The translations under genes were made by a program, and so were the position numbers. 64,000 nucleotides of DNA from Candidatus Caldarchaeum subterraneum (GTDB lineage: Archaea > Thermoproteota > Nitrososphaeria_A > Caldarchaeales > Caldarchaeaceae). Location of the stretch: assembly GCA_000270325.1 (NCBI GenBank), contig BA000048.1, forward strand, positions 1,605,481 through 1,669,480, written 5' to 3'. Shown here one piece after another: positions 29,783 to 39,728 of this stretch. Position 1 is the first letter of the stretch; every line of letters starts with the position of its first letter. The notes beneath the pieces were generated by a model. It was given only the letters and a program-made list of their open reading frames with translations. It ran no database searches and had not been told where the DNA came from.

Positions 29783-31132
29783 TTACCGCGGCAGCTCGCT
29801 TTGTATGTATTCAACGAACCAATCCATGTTCCATAGCATGTCTCTGTCGGCGCGTTCACTGCCCTTTATCCTGACTTCGCCTTTCTGGTCGCGTATCGGC
29901 TCACCAAGGTTGCCGTCTACGCTGAAGGGCTCGAACAAAAGCTCCTTCATCTCCTCATACCTCTTCTTGATCTCCAGCTGCCATTCCGAAGGTATGGCTG
30001 GGTTAAGCTTGCCGAGCTGAAGGGTTCCATCAACCTGCCCGGCTGTGCTCTGCTCTGGCGACCTTCTCCACCTATAGGGCATGTAGTCTCCTATTCTTGT
30101 CCAGATGTCGACGGTTCTCCACGTTCCTGTTGCAACCATTCTGTAAAAGTCCAAGTATATTGGGCCCCAGTTAACGATCTGGCCTGTTAGGTGGGCGTTT
30201 GGCCCGTAGCTGGACATGTCGTTGTAGTGGCTGAAGCTCCAGACCCTGCGGCCCTTCTGGGTGGTGTATTCTTCGGCTACCTGTAAGGTTGTTGGCGTGT
30301 CCTCTGTGAACGCAAGAACATCAGCGTTGGATTGTTCTATCAACGCCACTGCAGCCTCTCTTGCCTTACCAGGGTCAAACCATGCAAACAGCCAGCTTAC
30401 ATAGGCTTTGATGTTTCTCCCGGTTCTCTTCTTGTAGGCGTAGTTCGCTCCGAGGACGAAGGCGTTGATGTGTCTGACAACCTCGGGTATCGGGAAAGCA
30501 GCAACATATCCCACGACACCTGTCTGTGTAACGGCGCCGGCCGCGAGTCCGTTGAGGTAGTAGAGCTGGTAGAACTCTGCAAATGCGCTGCTCATGTTCT
30601 GTGGCGCATTTCCCGCGGCCCCGCTTCGGTATCCTGAGATGTGGACAAAGTATTTGTCGGGATACTTTGCGGCGACCTCGGCCGTCGAGTCCATGTAGCC
30701 AAAGCTGGTAGTTATTACAAGGTCTGCGCCTTGGTTGATGAGCGACTCGATTGCCCCGGCAGACTGCGCCTCTGGAACACTCTCTATGTAGAAGCTGTCA
30801 ACGTTCTTATAAGCGGCGTCCGCGAATTTTCTTCCTTCGTTGTGGGCGAAGGTCCATCCATAGTCTCCCACGGGGCCTACGTATATGTAGCCGACCTTCA
30901 GCCTCTTAGCAGGGGCCTGAACAGTCGTAGTCACCGTCGCACCTGGCCCCGTAACAGTTCTGGTAACTTCAGACGTAACTGTACGCGTCACCGCTGGCGC
31001 AGCCTGAGATGCTCCAAGAAAATATCCGGCAAGACCACCGACAACCGCTCCCGCCGCGACACCGCCGACCGCCGCACCAGTTGAGACAGCTAAAAACTTT
31101 CTTCTCGATATTCTGGATTTTTTCTCCATCAT
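29783..31132 (-). CDS. BMP-family purine/nucleoside binding protein with Tat signal
   Basis: SRRKFL twin-arginine motif; Thr-rich linker; YVGPVGDYGW..AH and WFDP. Confidence 0.9.
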   Translation of the reverse strand: MMEKKSRISRRKFLAVSTGAAVGGVAAGAVVGGLAGYFLGASQAAPAVTRTVTSEVTRTVTGPGATVTTTVQAPAKRLKVGYIYVGPVGDYGWTFAHNEGRKFADAAYKNVDSFYIESVPEAQSAGAIESLINQGADLVITTSFGYMDSTAEVAAKYPDKYFVHISGYRSGAAGNAPQNMSSAFAEFYQLYYLNGLAAGAVTQTGVVGYVAAFPIPEVVRHINAFVLGANYAYKKRTGRNIKAYVSWLFAWFDPGKAREAAVALIEQSNADVLAFTEDTPTTLQVAEEYTTQKGRRVWSFSHYNDMSSYGPNAHLTGQIVNWGPIYLDFYRMVATGTWRTVDIWTRIGDYMPYRWRRSPEQSTAGQVDGTLQLGKLNPAIPSEWQLEIKKRYEEMKELLFEPFSVDGNLGEPIRDQKGEVRIKGSERADRDMLWNMDWFVEYIQSELPR

Positions 31133-31162
31133 ATATTCTATTATGGGTGGGGTATATATGCT

Positions 31163-32953
31163 TTAATCCACTATCAGGTTTACGAATTGGAAGGTCACGG
31201 TGTCGAGCAGTCCTTTGTCGGTTATTCGTAGCTCAGGAATCACGCTTAGGCTGAGGAGTGAGAGGGTCATGAACGGTGATACCCATTCGCATCCAAGCCG
31301 CCGCCATACTTCATAGGTTTTGTTAAGCTTCTCGGCAACAACCTCAGCGGGTTCGGGTGACATGAGGCCCGCGAGGGGAAGCTCCACCCGCGCAAGCACC
31401 TCGCCATCCGCGACAGTGACTATGCCGCCGTTGATGCGGGCGTTCTCGTTCGCCGCAACCGCCATGTCTTTCTCGTCGAAGCCGATTACGAGTAGGTTGT
31501 GGCTGTCGTGCGCCACGGTGGATGCGACTGCTCCTTTTCTGAAACCGAACCCTGCCGCAAAGCCCGTGCTCATTCCACCGTGTTTGCCATGCCTCTCCAC
31601 GACCGCTATCTTGAAGATGCTTCTGTCGGGGTCGGGCTTCACCTCCCCGTTCTCAACCATAAGCCTCTCTATACGATGCTTGGTTATGACGCTGCCCTCA
31701 ACAGCCTGAATAACCCGCGCACGCACCTCGTCACCATCCACCTCCTCCCTAACAACAAAATCCTCAGGAGACAAGGGCCTAGACAGCTTCACGCTCCGCA
31801 TAAACCTCTCCGGATAACTGAAGCGGGGCAATTCTTTGACAAGCTTTCCATTCTCCGCAACAAGCTCGCCGTCGGCGAAAACCGTCTCAACCCTGAACCT
31901 CGCCAAATCGGAGACAAGCAAAATGTCTGCGACGCGGCCGGGAGAGATGCTGCCCAGCTCGTGGCTTAGACGGTATCTCTCAGCGGGGTTCAAGGTGGCC
32001 ATTTGAATGGCTGTCAGTGGGTCGACTCCTTCTTGGATGGCTCGGCGAACACAGTGGTCGACGTGACCATCCCGTAGGATGGATGCGGGCTCCTTGTCGT
32101 CGGTGCATAGACAGATATGCCTTGGGTCGATGCCTGTCTCCGTGTAGGCTCTGACTGTTTCCTTGATGTCTAGCCAAGCGCTCCCCTCCCTCAGGTAGAC
32201 ATACATGCCGTTCCTGAGCCTTTCGAGCGTCTGCTGCTTGGTGACGCTTTCATGGGTTGATAGTATGCCGGCGGCAACGTAGGCGGATAGCTCGCGGCCC
32301 AAGAGCCCCGAGTCATGGCCCTCAACAAGCTTCCCCGCCTTAAGCGTCTCAGCGATTTCTGCGTGCACCTTTTCATCGGCGGCTAGGACGCCGGGGAAAT
32401 TCATCATCTCACCCAAGGCAATCACTTCATCAAGCTTCATAGCCTCCGCGACCTCCTCAGGCGTTACAACTGCTCCCGCGGTCTCATACCCCGGGGCAGC
32501 GGGAACACAGGACGGGTAAGTCACATAAACCTTGAGAGGAAGGTTGCGTGACTCCTCAATCATGAGCTTGACGCCGTCAAGTCCGAATACGTTGCCTATC
32601 TCATGAGGGTCGATGAAGACTGCTGTGGTTCCGTGCGGGAGAATGATTCGAGCGAACTGGGTGACGCTCACCATCGAGCTCTCCACATGCACATGAGGGT
32701 CCAGTAAACCGGGGACGAGGAATTTGCCGGATGCATCAACGACGACGGTGTCTTCGCCTATGCAGGGTGTTGCGTCCCCCACCAAAGCGACGCGGCCCAT
32801 CCGCACAGCAACGTCAACACGCTCCACAATCTCCCGAGTATGCACATTCACAAGGTCACCGCCCTTCAGAACAAGGTCAGCCTTCTCCAGCCCCTGCGCC
32901 GTCCTTACAAGATGCCGCGTCACCTCAAACAGCCTAGACCTCATTACAAACAA
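31163..32953 (-). CDS. ade: adenine deaminase
   Basis: H.H.ESS, DPHEI, EMMNFPG, REGS, TDD and VAHDSHN. Confidence 0.93.
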   Translation of the reverse strand: MFVMRSRLFEVTRHLVRTAQGLEKADLVLKGGDLVNVHTREIVERVDVAVRMGRVALVGDATPCIGEDTVVVDASGKFLVPGLLDPHVHVESSMVSVTQFARIILPHGTTAVFIDPHEIGNVFGLDGVKLMIEESRNLPLKVYVTYPSCVPAAPGYETAGAVVTPEEVAEAMKLDEVIALGEMMNFPGVLAADEKVHAEIAETLKAGKLVEGHDSGLLGRELSAYVAAGILSTHESVTKQQTLERLRNGMYVYLREGSAWLDIKETVRAYTETGIDPRHICLCTDDKEPASILRDGHVDHCVRRAIQEGVDPLTAIQMATLNPAERYRLSHELGSISPGRVADILLVSDLARFRVETVFADGELVAENGKLVKELPRFSYPERFMRSVKLSRPLSPEDFVVREEVDGDEVRARVIQAVEGSVITKHRIERLMVENGEVKPDPDRSIFKIAVVERHGKHGGMSTGFAAGFGFRKGAVASTVAHDSHNLLVIGFDEKDMAVAANENARINGGIVTVADGEVLARVELPLAGLMSPEPAEVVAEKLNKTYEVWRRLGCEWVSPFMTLSLLSLSVIPELRITDKGLLDTVTFQFVNLIVD

Positions 32954-33022
32954 AACACTATCAGCGACATATATTTATGAGGTGTCTACAAACAGATAAA
33001 AACCTCTACTGCGCATTATTGT

Positions 33023-34030
33023 TTGATGACTGGAATTCGTTGGGGGTTGTATCTTCAGGATATGCATGTGCGGGACATGGTGAGGCATGCGCAATTTGCT
33101 GAGCAGCATGGCTTCGACTCGGCATGGATTGCGGAGTCACGTCTAGCGAGAGATGCGCTCACCCCGATGACTGCAATCGCCACGGTTACTTCACGGATTA
33201 AGGTGGGGGCGGGTGTCATCAACACTTGGACGAGGAATGCGGCGTTGATTGCTCAGACCTTTGCGACTATGGATGAGCTGAGCGATGGACGTGTGATGCT
33301 GGGGCTTGGTGCGTGGTGGGACCCTTTGGCTTGGAAGGTGGGGATTGAGAGGAAGGAGCCGCTTACCTGCATGAGGGAGTATGTCACGGTGATTCGCCGT
33401 CTCTTCAGGATGGAAGAGGTTACTTTCGAAGGTAAATTCGTGAAGATGCGTGGGGTAAGGCTGGACGTTTTACATGGCGCGGGCGAGAAACCACGAAACA
33501 TACCCATCTACATAGGGGCGACTGGGTGGAAGATGATGGAGTTGGCTGGAGAGATAGGTGATGGGGTGCTTCTCAACTACCTCGTCTCACCGAAATACAA
33601 CGACACCGCGCTCGAGCACATACGGGCAGGAGCATCAAAAGCAGGGAGGAGGCTTGAGGACATCGACAGGCCACAGCTCATAGCATGCTCCATGCACCCC
33701 GACGCAGACAAAGCCATCAAACTTGCCAAGAAACATGTGACCATGACGCTTGGGCAGCAGCCTCACATCATGAAGGCAAGCGGCGTGAGCGAGGATTTGA
33801 TTGAAGAGGTGCAAAAAGTTATGGGAGGCTGGCCTGCGAAGCCTGGGGGGATTGAGAAGGCAGCGGAGATCGTGCCTGACGACGTTGTCAAGATGATTAC
33901 CGCATCGGGCACTCCTTCGGATGTTGTGGCAAAGGTCAAGGAGTATATGGCTCATGGCTGTACGTCGCCGCTTCTTCTCCCTCTCAGCGGAAACCCCGAG
34001 TATGTGATTAAGAGCGTGGTGGAGGTTTAA
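33023..34030 (+). CDS. luciferase-like (LLM) oxidoreductase, Mer-like, probably F420-dependent
   Basis: GFDSAWIAE, DELSDGR..LGLG and IPIYIGATG..MMELAGEIGDG. Confidence 0.85.
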   Translation: MMTGIRWGLYLQDMHVRDMVRHAQFAEQHGFDSAWIAESRLARDALTPMTAIATVTSRIKVGAGVINTWTRNAALIAQTFATMDELSDGRVMLGLGAWWDPLAWKVGIERKEPLTCMREYVTVIRRLFRMEEVTFEGKFVKMRGVRLDVLHGAGEKPRNIPIYIGATGWKMMELAGEIGDGVLLNYLVSPKYNDTALEHIRAGASKAGRRLEDIDRPQLIACSMHPDADKAIKLAKKHVTMTLGQQPHIMKASGVSEDLIEEVQKVMGGWPAKPGGIEKAAEIVPDDVVKMITASGTPSDVVAKVKEYMAHGCTSPLLLPLSGNPEYVIKSVVEV

Positions 34031-34033
34031 CAT

Positions 34034-35397
34034 TTGTCTGGGTCTGTTCTGCTCAAAGGCGGGATAATTGTTACGATGGATGGGGCCCGTCGTGTAATCG
34101 TGGATGGGGCTGTTGGGTTCGAGAACGGTGTCATCACTTTCGTGGGCAAGTCTGAAGAAGCGACGAAGGCTGGAAGGTTTGACAGGGTTTTGGATGTTTC
34201 GGGAAGGTTTGTGATGCCGGGGCTTGTCTGTGCACACACTCATCTCTACGGCATAGCTCTGCGAGGCGCCTCTCTCCGCATAAGGCCGACGACGGATTTT
34301 CTCGAGAACCTGCAGAGGATTTGGTGGCCGCTGGATGAACGGATGGACAACGAAGACGCCTATGCCACGGCCTTGGCCGCGTGCATGGAGATGGCTCTCA
34401 ACGGGACAACGACCTTCGCCGACACATACTCTGCTCCACCACGTCCAGAGGGCAGCCTAGACGCCATAGCCAAAGCGGTTAACGAGGTGGGTATACGCGG
34501 GGTGATATCATTTGAGGCGACGGAGAGAAGAAGCGTGGAGGAGGGGCGGCGAGGGCTTGAGGAGAACATTAGGTTTCTCTCGAAAGGCGGCGAGGGCTTG
34601 GCCAAAGGCATGATAAGCCTCCACGCATCTTTCACAATCTCCGACGACCTCATCGTACGCGGTGTCGAGGCTGCGAAGAAATTCAACGCACCCATAACCA
34701 TCCACGTCTCAGAGGGCCCCAACGATGTTTACCACAACATCGAACGCTATGGCAAAAGAACGGTTGAGAGACTGAGAGACACCGGTCTCCTCGGGCCTTC
34801 AGCGGTTTTAGCCCACTGTGTGCACTTGAACAGACGTGAGATACAGCTTCTCACCGAAACAGGGACAAGTGTGGCCCATAACCCGATGAGCAATATGCTC
34901 AACGCCGTCGGGGTGATGAAGCTTCCCGAAATGCTCGAAGCAGGTGTGAACGTGGGCATCGGCAACGACGGCTACATATTCGACGGCTTCGAGAACATGT
35001 GCACAGCTTTCCTTATACATCGCGTGGACCGGAGAGACCCTTCCATACTCTCGCCCCAGAAGGTTTTGGAGATGGCGACAGTCGACGCTGCACGGGCTTA
35101 TGGTCTGCGTGATGTGGGCTCGCTCGAGGTGGGTAAGAAAGCGGACATAATAGTGGTGAGGCCCGAGGTCAAGGCAACACCCATGGATAGAAACGTTTAC
35201 GGCTATCTTGTCAACGGTGTAAGGGGTAGAGACGTGAGCATGTTTTCGTCGACGGTGTTCAAATAATTGGCGGTAGAAGGTTCACTCGTTTGGACAAGGA
35301 GAGGGCTGAGGAAAAAATCTTGAAAACCGTGGAGCGGCTGTGGAGTAGGTTGGGCGAGGAGCCGGGAGAGGCTGTTGAGCCGCTAAGGTTGATGTGA
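34034..35397 (+). CDS. SsnA/MTA-SAH deaminase-like metal amidohydrolase; frameshift near 35235
   Basis: PG.VCAHTH, IHVSE, AHCVH and GND; the C-terminal HVFVDG... continues in another frame to TGA at 35395-35397. Confidence 0.85.
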
Positions 35398-35398
35398 A

Positions 35399-36232
35399 AT
35401 GAGCACGCTAGGTTATCTCGGGATTCCAAGGATTGAGGTGATGATTCCCAGCAGCGTCGAAGAGGCATTAAACCTGCTGCAAACTCATCCAGACGCGGAG
35501 ATACTTGCCGCCGGAACACACATCATAACACAGCTTACACTCGGAATCAAGCGCACCCGCAAATACATCGACATAAACAACCTCCACCAGCTCCGCAAAA
35601 TCTCCCACCATCACGGCACAGCATCAGTAGGCTCGCTTGTAACACATCAAGAACTTGCAGCTACTCTGATGAACCAAGTTCCCGCATTCACAGCCTTTCT
35701 CCAAAAATACTCCTCTCCAGCCGTGGCCAACAGAGCCACTGTAGGGGGAAGCATCATGCTCCGACTCGCAGGCGAAGACTTGATTCCAATACTGTTGACA
35801 CTCGACGCTGAGCTTTCCTTCGCCACCTTAGAGGGTGTGAAAAACATTCCGCTTAAAGCTTTTCTCGCCCGAGGATTTGATGGAAGAGGGCTGCTTCAAA
35901 CCATCTCCTTCAAGCTAAACAGCTCGTGTTTCTTCGACAAGCTTTGGATGGGTGTGTCACGTATTCCTCTTATCTCTATCGCAGTTTCGCGTGACGGGGC
36001 TGATGGGGTGCGTGTCGCGGTTTCTCACAAGGATGGCTCAACGCCGGGCCGTGTGGCAGCTGTTGAGAAGTTTCTCTCCATGCATGGCTTGTCGGAAGAG
36101 GTCGTTGAGAAGGCTTCGAGGTTGATGATGGATTCTATAAACCCGGAGTCGGATGTTTTAGCGTCTTCATGGTATCGTAGGAGGGCTGCGGGTGTTTTGC
36201 TTAAGCGTCTTCTTCAAAACTTGAGAGGGTGA
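35399..36232 (+). CDS. xanthine dehydrogenase-family FAD subunit
   Basis: P.SVEEAL, AAGT, NRATVGGS and AS.WYRR. Confidence 0.88.
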   Translation: MSTLGYLGIPRIEVMIPSSVEEALNLLQTHPDAEILAAGTHIITQLTLGIKRTRKYIDINNLHQLRKISHHHGTASVGSLVTHQELAATLMNQVPAFTAFLQKYSSPAVANRATVGGSIMLRLAGEDLIPILLTLDAELSFATLEGVKNIPLKAFLARGFDGRGLLQTISFKLNSSCFFDKLWMGVSRIPLISIAVSRDGADGVRVAVSHKDGSTPGRVAAVEKFLSMHGLSEEVVEKASRLMMDSINPESDVLASSWYRRRAAGVLLKRLLQNLRG

Positions 36233-36238
36233 GGATGG

Positions 36239-36694
36239 ATGAAGGCTGAGCTCATGGTTAATGATGTAAAATACGTGGTCGAGGTTGAGCCTAATGAGAG
36301 ACTGAGCGATGTTCTGCGGAGAAAGCTGGGGTTTGTAAGCGTGAAGGAAGGATGCGGCGTGGGCGACTGCGGCCTCTGTATAGTTTTGATTGACGGGAGG
36401 CCTGTTAACTCTTGTTTAGTGCTTGCCTATCAAGCGTCGGGGCATAGGATTACAACCGTGGAGGGCATGGGTGATGGTTCACGACTTCATCCTCTACAGC
36501 AAGCCTTCATAGACGTTGGCGCGGTTCAGTGTGGCTTCTGCATCCCAGCGGCCCTGCTCGTCCTCAAACACCTCCATGAAAACAACCCAGACGCCAGCAG
36601 GGAAGAGGTTAGACATGCTCTCAGAAGCGTCCTGTGTAGATGCGGCAGCTATTTACGGTTTGAAGAAGCCTTCAAACAGGTGAGCAGGCGATGA
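36239..36694 (+). CDS. xanthine dehydrogenase-family 2Fe-2S subunit
   Basis: GCGVGDCGLC, NSCL, QCGFC and LCRC. Confidence 0.93.
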   Translation: MKAELMVNDVKYVVEVEPNERLSDVLRRKLGFVSVKEGCGVGDCGLCIVLIDGRPVNSCLVLAYQASGHRITTVEGMGDGSRLHPLQQAFIDVGAVQCGFCIPAALLVLKHLHENNPDASREEVRHALRSVLCRCGSYLRFEEAFKQVSRR

Positions 36695-39015
36695 GCGAGG
36701 AAATAGCGAGACGGTTCAGGGAAATTCTGGAGGCCCGTGAATTCCTCATAGTCGGGAAAAAGGTTGCACGTGTAGACGCCCTCGACGCGATTCTCGGCAA
36801 ACCACTATACACAGCGGACCTCGTCTCAGGAAAAACACTCTACGTCAAAGCCGTCCGCTCCAAGATACCCCATGGCTACATCAGGAAAATAGACACGTCC
36901 CAGGCGGCTTCCCGGCAAGGTGTCGTCAAGGTGCTTACGCATCGGGACATACCCGGAGTAAACGACGGGGGAAGCCTGATAAGTGATAGACCTCTGCTGG
37001 CTTTTGAGAAGGTTAGACACGTCGGGGAAGCTGTTGCTCTCGTGGTCGGTGAGAGCTTGGAGGCTGCGGAGGAAGCGGCTGAACATGTGGAGATTGACTA
37101 TGACCCGCTTCCAGTGGTGACCAACCCTCGCGACGCCATGAAACCAGACGCTCCGCGGATACAGGACAGAGACAACGTGGTTACACACTTTAAGATAAGA
37201 AAAGGCGATGTGGAAAAGGGTTTCAAAGAATCCGATGTCGTCATCGAGCGGACATATCGCACACAGTTCATCACAGGTCTGCCTCTAGAGACAGAGATAG
37301 CATATTCTTTCCTAGAGGACGGAGGAAGGATTACATGCATAGTCTCAACCCAGAACCTCTACGATGTCTACAACAAGGTGGTGAAGATACTCGGCGTCCC
37401 CTCTGAAAAGCTGCGGGTGATTCAGGCGGCTACTGGAGGAGGCTTCGGCCCGAAAAGCGATGAGACACCGATAGACGTCGCAGCATACGCATGCCTCGCG
37501 ACATATTTCACCGGAAAACCTGCGCTGGCGGCGTTCAGCAGAAGCGAAGCGATGACGGTTCAGTGTAAACGCCATCCTTTTGAGATAACCAACATGGTTG
37601 GGGCGAGAAATGATGGAAAGCTGTTGGCTTGGCGGTCGACGCTTATCGAAGACACAGGCGCCTACATTTCGAAGGGTCACCTCGTCATCGGCCGCGCAAC
37701 CTTCCATTGCACGGGACCCTATGAGGTGCCGAATGTCTGGGCCGATGGCTACTGCGTCCTCACCAACAACACGATGGCGGGGTCTACACGTGGCTTCGGG
37801 GCGCCGCAGGCACATTTCGCGGCCGAGAGCGTGTTGAACGAGCTCGCCGAGGAGCTGGGCCTCTCGCCGCTTGAGATACGTGAGATAAACATGCTCCGCC
37901 CCGGCTCCCTCACAGCCACAAGCCAGAAAATCGAAGACGACGGCCTACTAAAGTGTTACCAGAGAGCTGTCGAGGAAAGCGAGTGGGAGAAGCGTGTGAG
38001 AGAAATACAGGAATTCAACAAAACAAACAAGGTCCTGAAAAAAGGTATTGGTATAGCGATGCTTTACCATGGCAACACTCTTGGACCAGAGGGCGACGAT
38101 TTCGCGACAGTGGTCACCTACGTTGAGAGAGACGGAAAAGTCGTTGTCCAGACAGGTTTAACAGAATACGGAACCGGGGCCCTAACCTCCCTCGCAATAG
38201 TTACAGCAGAAACACTCGGTCTACCGTTATCCATGGTGAAGCTCGAGAGACCCGACACAGCCGCCGTCCCCAACGCAGGGCCCACAGTCGCATCACGGAC
38301 AACCGTCATAGGAGGCCAGGCAGCCCTAGACGCCGCCCTCAAGATAAGGGCTATGGTTGCGCAGGTGGCTGCCAAGATGCTTTCATCCAATCCCGCGGAT
38401 TTGGAGTTCAGAGACGGGCTGGTGAAGGCTAATGGAAGGGCAGTGACTTGGAATGAAGTAGTTAACCAGTGTTTTGAGGAGAACATTTCTCTCCGCGTTG
38501 TTGGCTACTACATGGCTCCTCCGACCAAATGGGACCCTGAGACGGGCCAGGGAGCTCCCTACAACCAATACACCTACGGCGCGCTCGTCGCTGAGGTGAC
38601 CGTCGACACAGAGACTGGCATGGTCAAGGTTGATAGGCTAACCGCAGCATACGACGTGGGCCGCGCAATAAACCCGCTTGGGCTGGTCGCTGTCTATGAG
38701 GGGGGAAGCATCATGGGCCAAGGATACGCTTTGATGGAGAAGATTGTGCACGACGACGGTGTAGTCATCAACCCAAACCTGCACACATACATCATCCCAA
38801 CTGCCTCAGACGCCCCCGAAGAAATCCGCAGCATCATCGTCGAGGTCAAGGGCAGCATGGGTGTCTTCGGAGCCAAAGCCATGGGAGAAATACCCGTCGT
38901 CCTCCCCGCAGCATCAATAGCCGCAGCCGTTGCAAACGCCACAGGCATCTACATAAGGGAGCTACCGCTAACACCTCAAAGAGTGCTTGAGGAGCTCCAC
39001 AAATCCAGACAATAA
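36691..39015 (+). CDS. xanthine dehydrogenase-family molybdopterin subunit
   Basis: GGGFGPK, RGFGAPQ, PTVASRTT and GAKAMGE; lacks the AYxCSFR motif of aerobic CO dehydrogenase. Confidence 0.92.
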   Translation: MSEEIARRFREILEAREFLIVGKKVARVDALDAILGKPLYTADLVSGKTLYVKAVRSKIPHGYIRKIDTSQAASRQGVVKVLTHRDIPGVNDGGSLISDRPLLAFEKVRHVGEAVALVVGESLEAAEEAAEHVEIDYDPLPVVTNPRDAMKPDAPRIQDRDNVVTHFKIRKGDVEKGFKESDVVIERTYRTQFITGLPLETEIAYSFLEDGGRITCIVSTQNLYDVYNKVVKILGVPSEKLRVIQAATGGGFGPKSDETPIDVAAYACLATYFTGKPALAAFSRSEAMTVQCKRHPFEITNMVGARNDGKLLAWRSTLIEDTGAYISKGHLVIGRATFHCTGPYEVPNVWADGYCVLTNNTMAGSTRGFGAPQAHFAAESVLNELAEELGLSPLEIREINMLRPGSLTATSQKIEDDGLLKCYQRAVEESEWEKRVREIQEFNKTNKVLKKGIGIAMLYHGNTLGPEGDDFATVVTYVERDGKVVVQTGLTEYGTGALTSLAIVTAETLGLPLSMVKLERPDTAAVPNAGPTVASRTTVIGGQAALDAALKIRAMVAQVAAKMLSSNPADLEFRDGLVKANGRAVTWNEVVNQCFEENISLRVVGYYMAPPTKWDPETGQGAPYNQYTYGALVAEVTVDTETGMVKVDRLTAAYDVGRAINPLGLVAVYEGGSIMGQGYALMEKIVHDDGVVINPNLHTYIIPTASDAPEEIRSIIVEVKGSMGVFGAKAMGEIPVVLPAASIAAAVANATGIYIRELPLTPQRVLEELHKSRQ

Positions 39016-39109
39016 AACACCTGCAACACCGTGAAAAACCCAGCGAGCAAGGCACACGTGTAAATACCTCCTAAACCTATTCATGATTGAGAGGGCGCGG
39101 CCCTTTGGA

Positions 39110-39312
39110 AACAATAGTCGGTGGCGACGTAAAAATTCATGAAGACTGTTTGAGGCTGGACAAATACTTCGACAAGCTATCCTGACGTGTGGGAATCAGG
39201 TATGCCCGAGGAATATTTTTCTGAAAGTGAGGCGGCGGAGGCCATCACGAGGGCTGAGAATGTTTTGGGTTGGGTGAGGTCGAGATGGGGGTCTTTGAGA
39301 AAAGAAAGATGA
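39110..39312 (+). pseudogene. HEPN toxin remnant
   Basis: broken frames give LDKY...YPDVWESGMPEEYFSESEAAEAI..AE.VLGWV; overlaps the MNT gene; no intact start. Confidence 0.7.
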
Positions 39313-39652
39313 TGAGAAAGGCGGCGGTTGAAGCTGCTGTTGAAGCGGTCGAGTTAGTGGAGAAGATTGTGGGCCCTGTTTCGGCTGCTTTGATAGGCTC
39401 ATACGCGAGAGGAGACTTTAATCAGTGGAGCGACGTGGACCTGCTTGTAGTGTCTCCAAGGTTTGCACCGACTCCTCTCAACAGGTTTGATCAGGTCGCC
39501 GATGTTTTGAAAAAGTTTCCAAGCCTTGAGATAATACCTTTGACGCTGAGAGGCAGAGAAGGCTGAAGACGCCTTTGGCGGAGGAGACTATGTGGACAGG
39601 TGTGGTCATAAAGGATGCGTTGGGAATTTTTCTCAAGAGCCAAACCATATGA
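39285..39652 (+). pseudogene. minimal nucleotidyltransferase (MNT) antitoxin with a frameshifted C-terminus
   Basis: GSYARGDF...SDVDLLVV; the tail PLAEE...GVVIKDALG lies in another frame. Confidence 0.75.
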
Positions 39653-39728
39653 GAGAAAGAATGAGATGAATGAATTTTTAAGCGGTTTTCATCGTGATGT
39701 ATAAATTGCTGTAAAAATAGATGTATGC

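Noticed and set aside
30920-31000. Short VTRTVT repeat in the binding protein
   Set aside because: Ordinary Thr-rich linker of archaeal surface-anchored proteins
36691-39015. Aerobic CO dehydrogenase (coxMSL order)
   Set aside because: The active-site loop is STRGFG rather than AYxCSFR, and the context is purine-related
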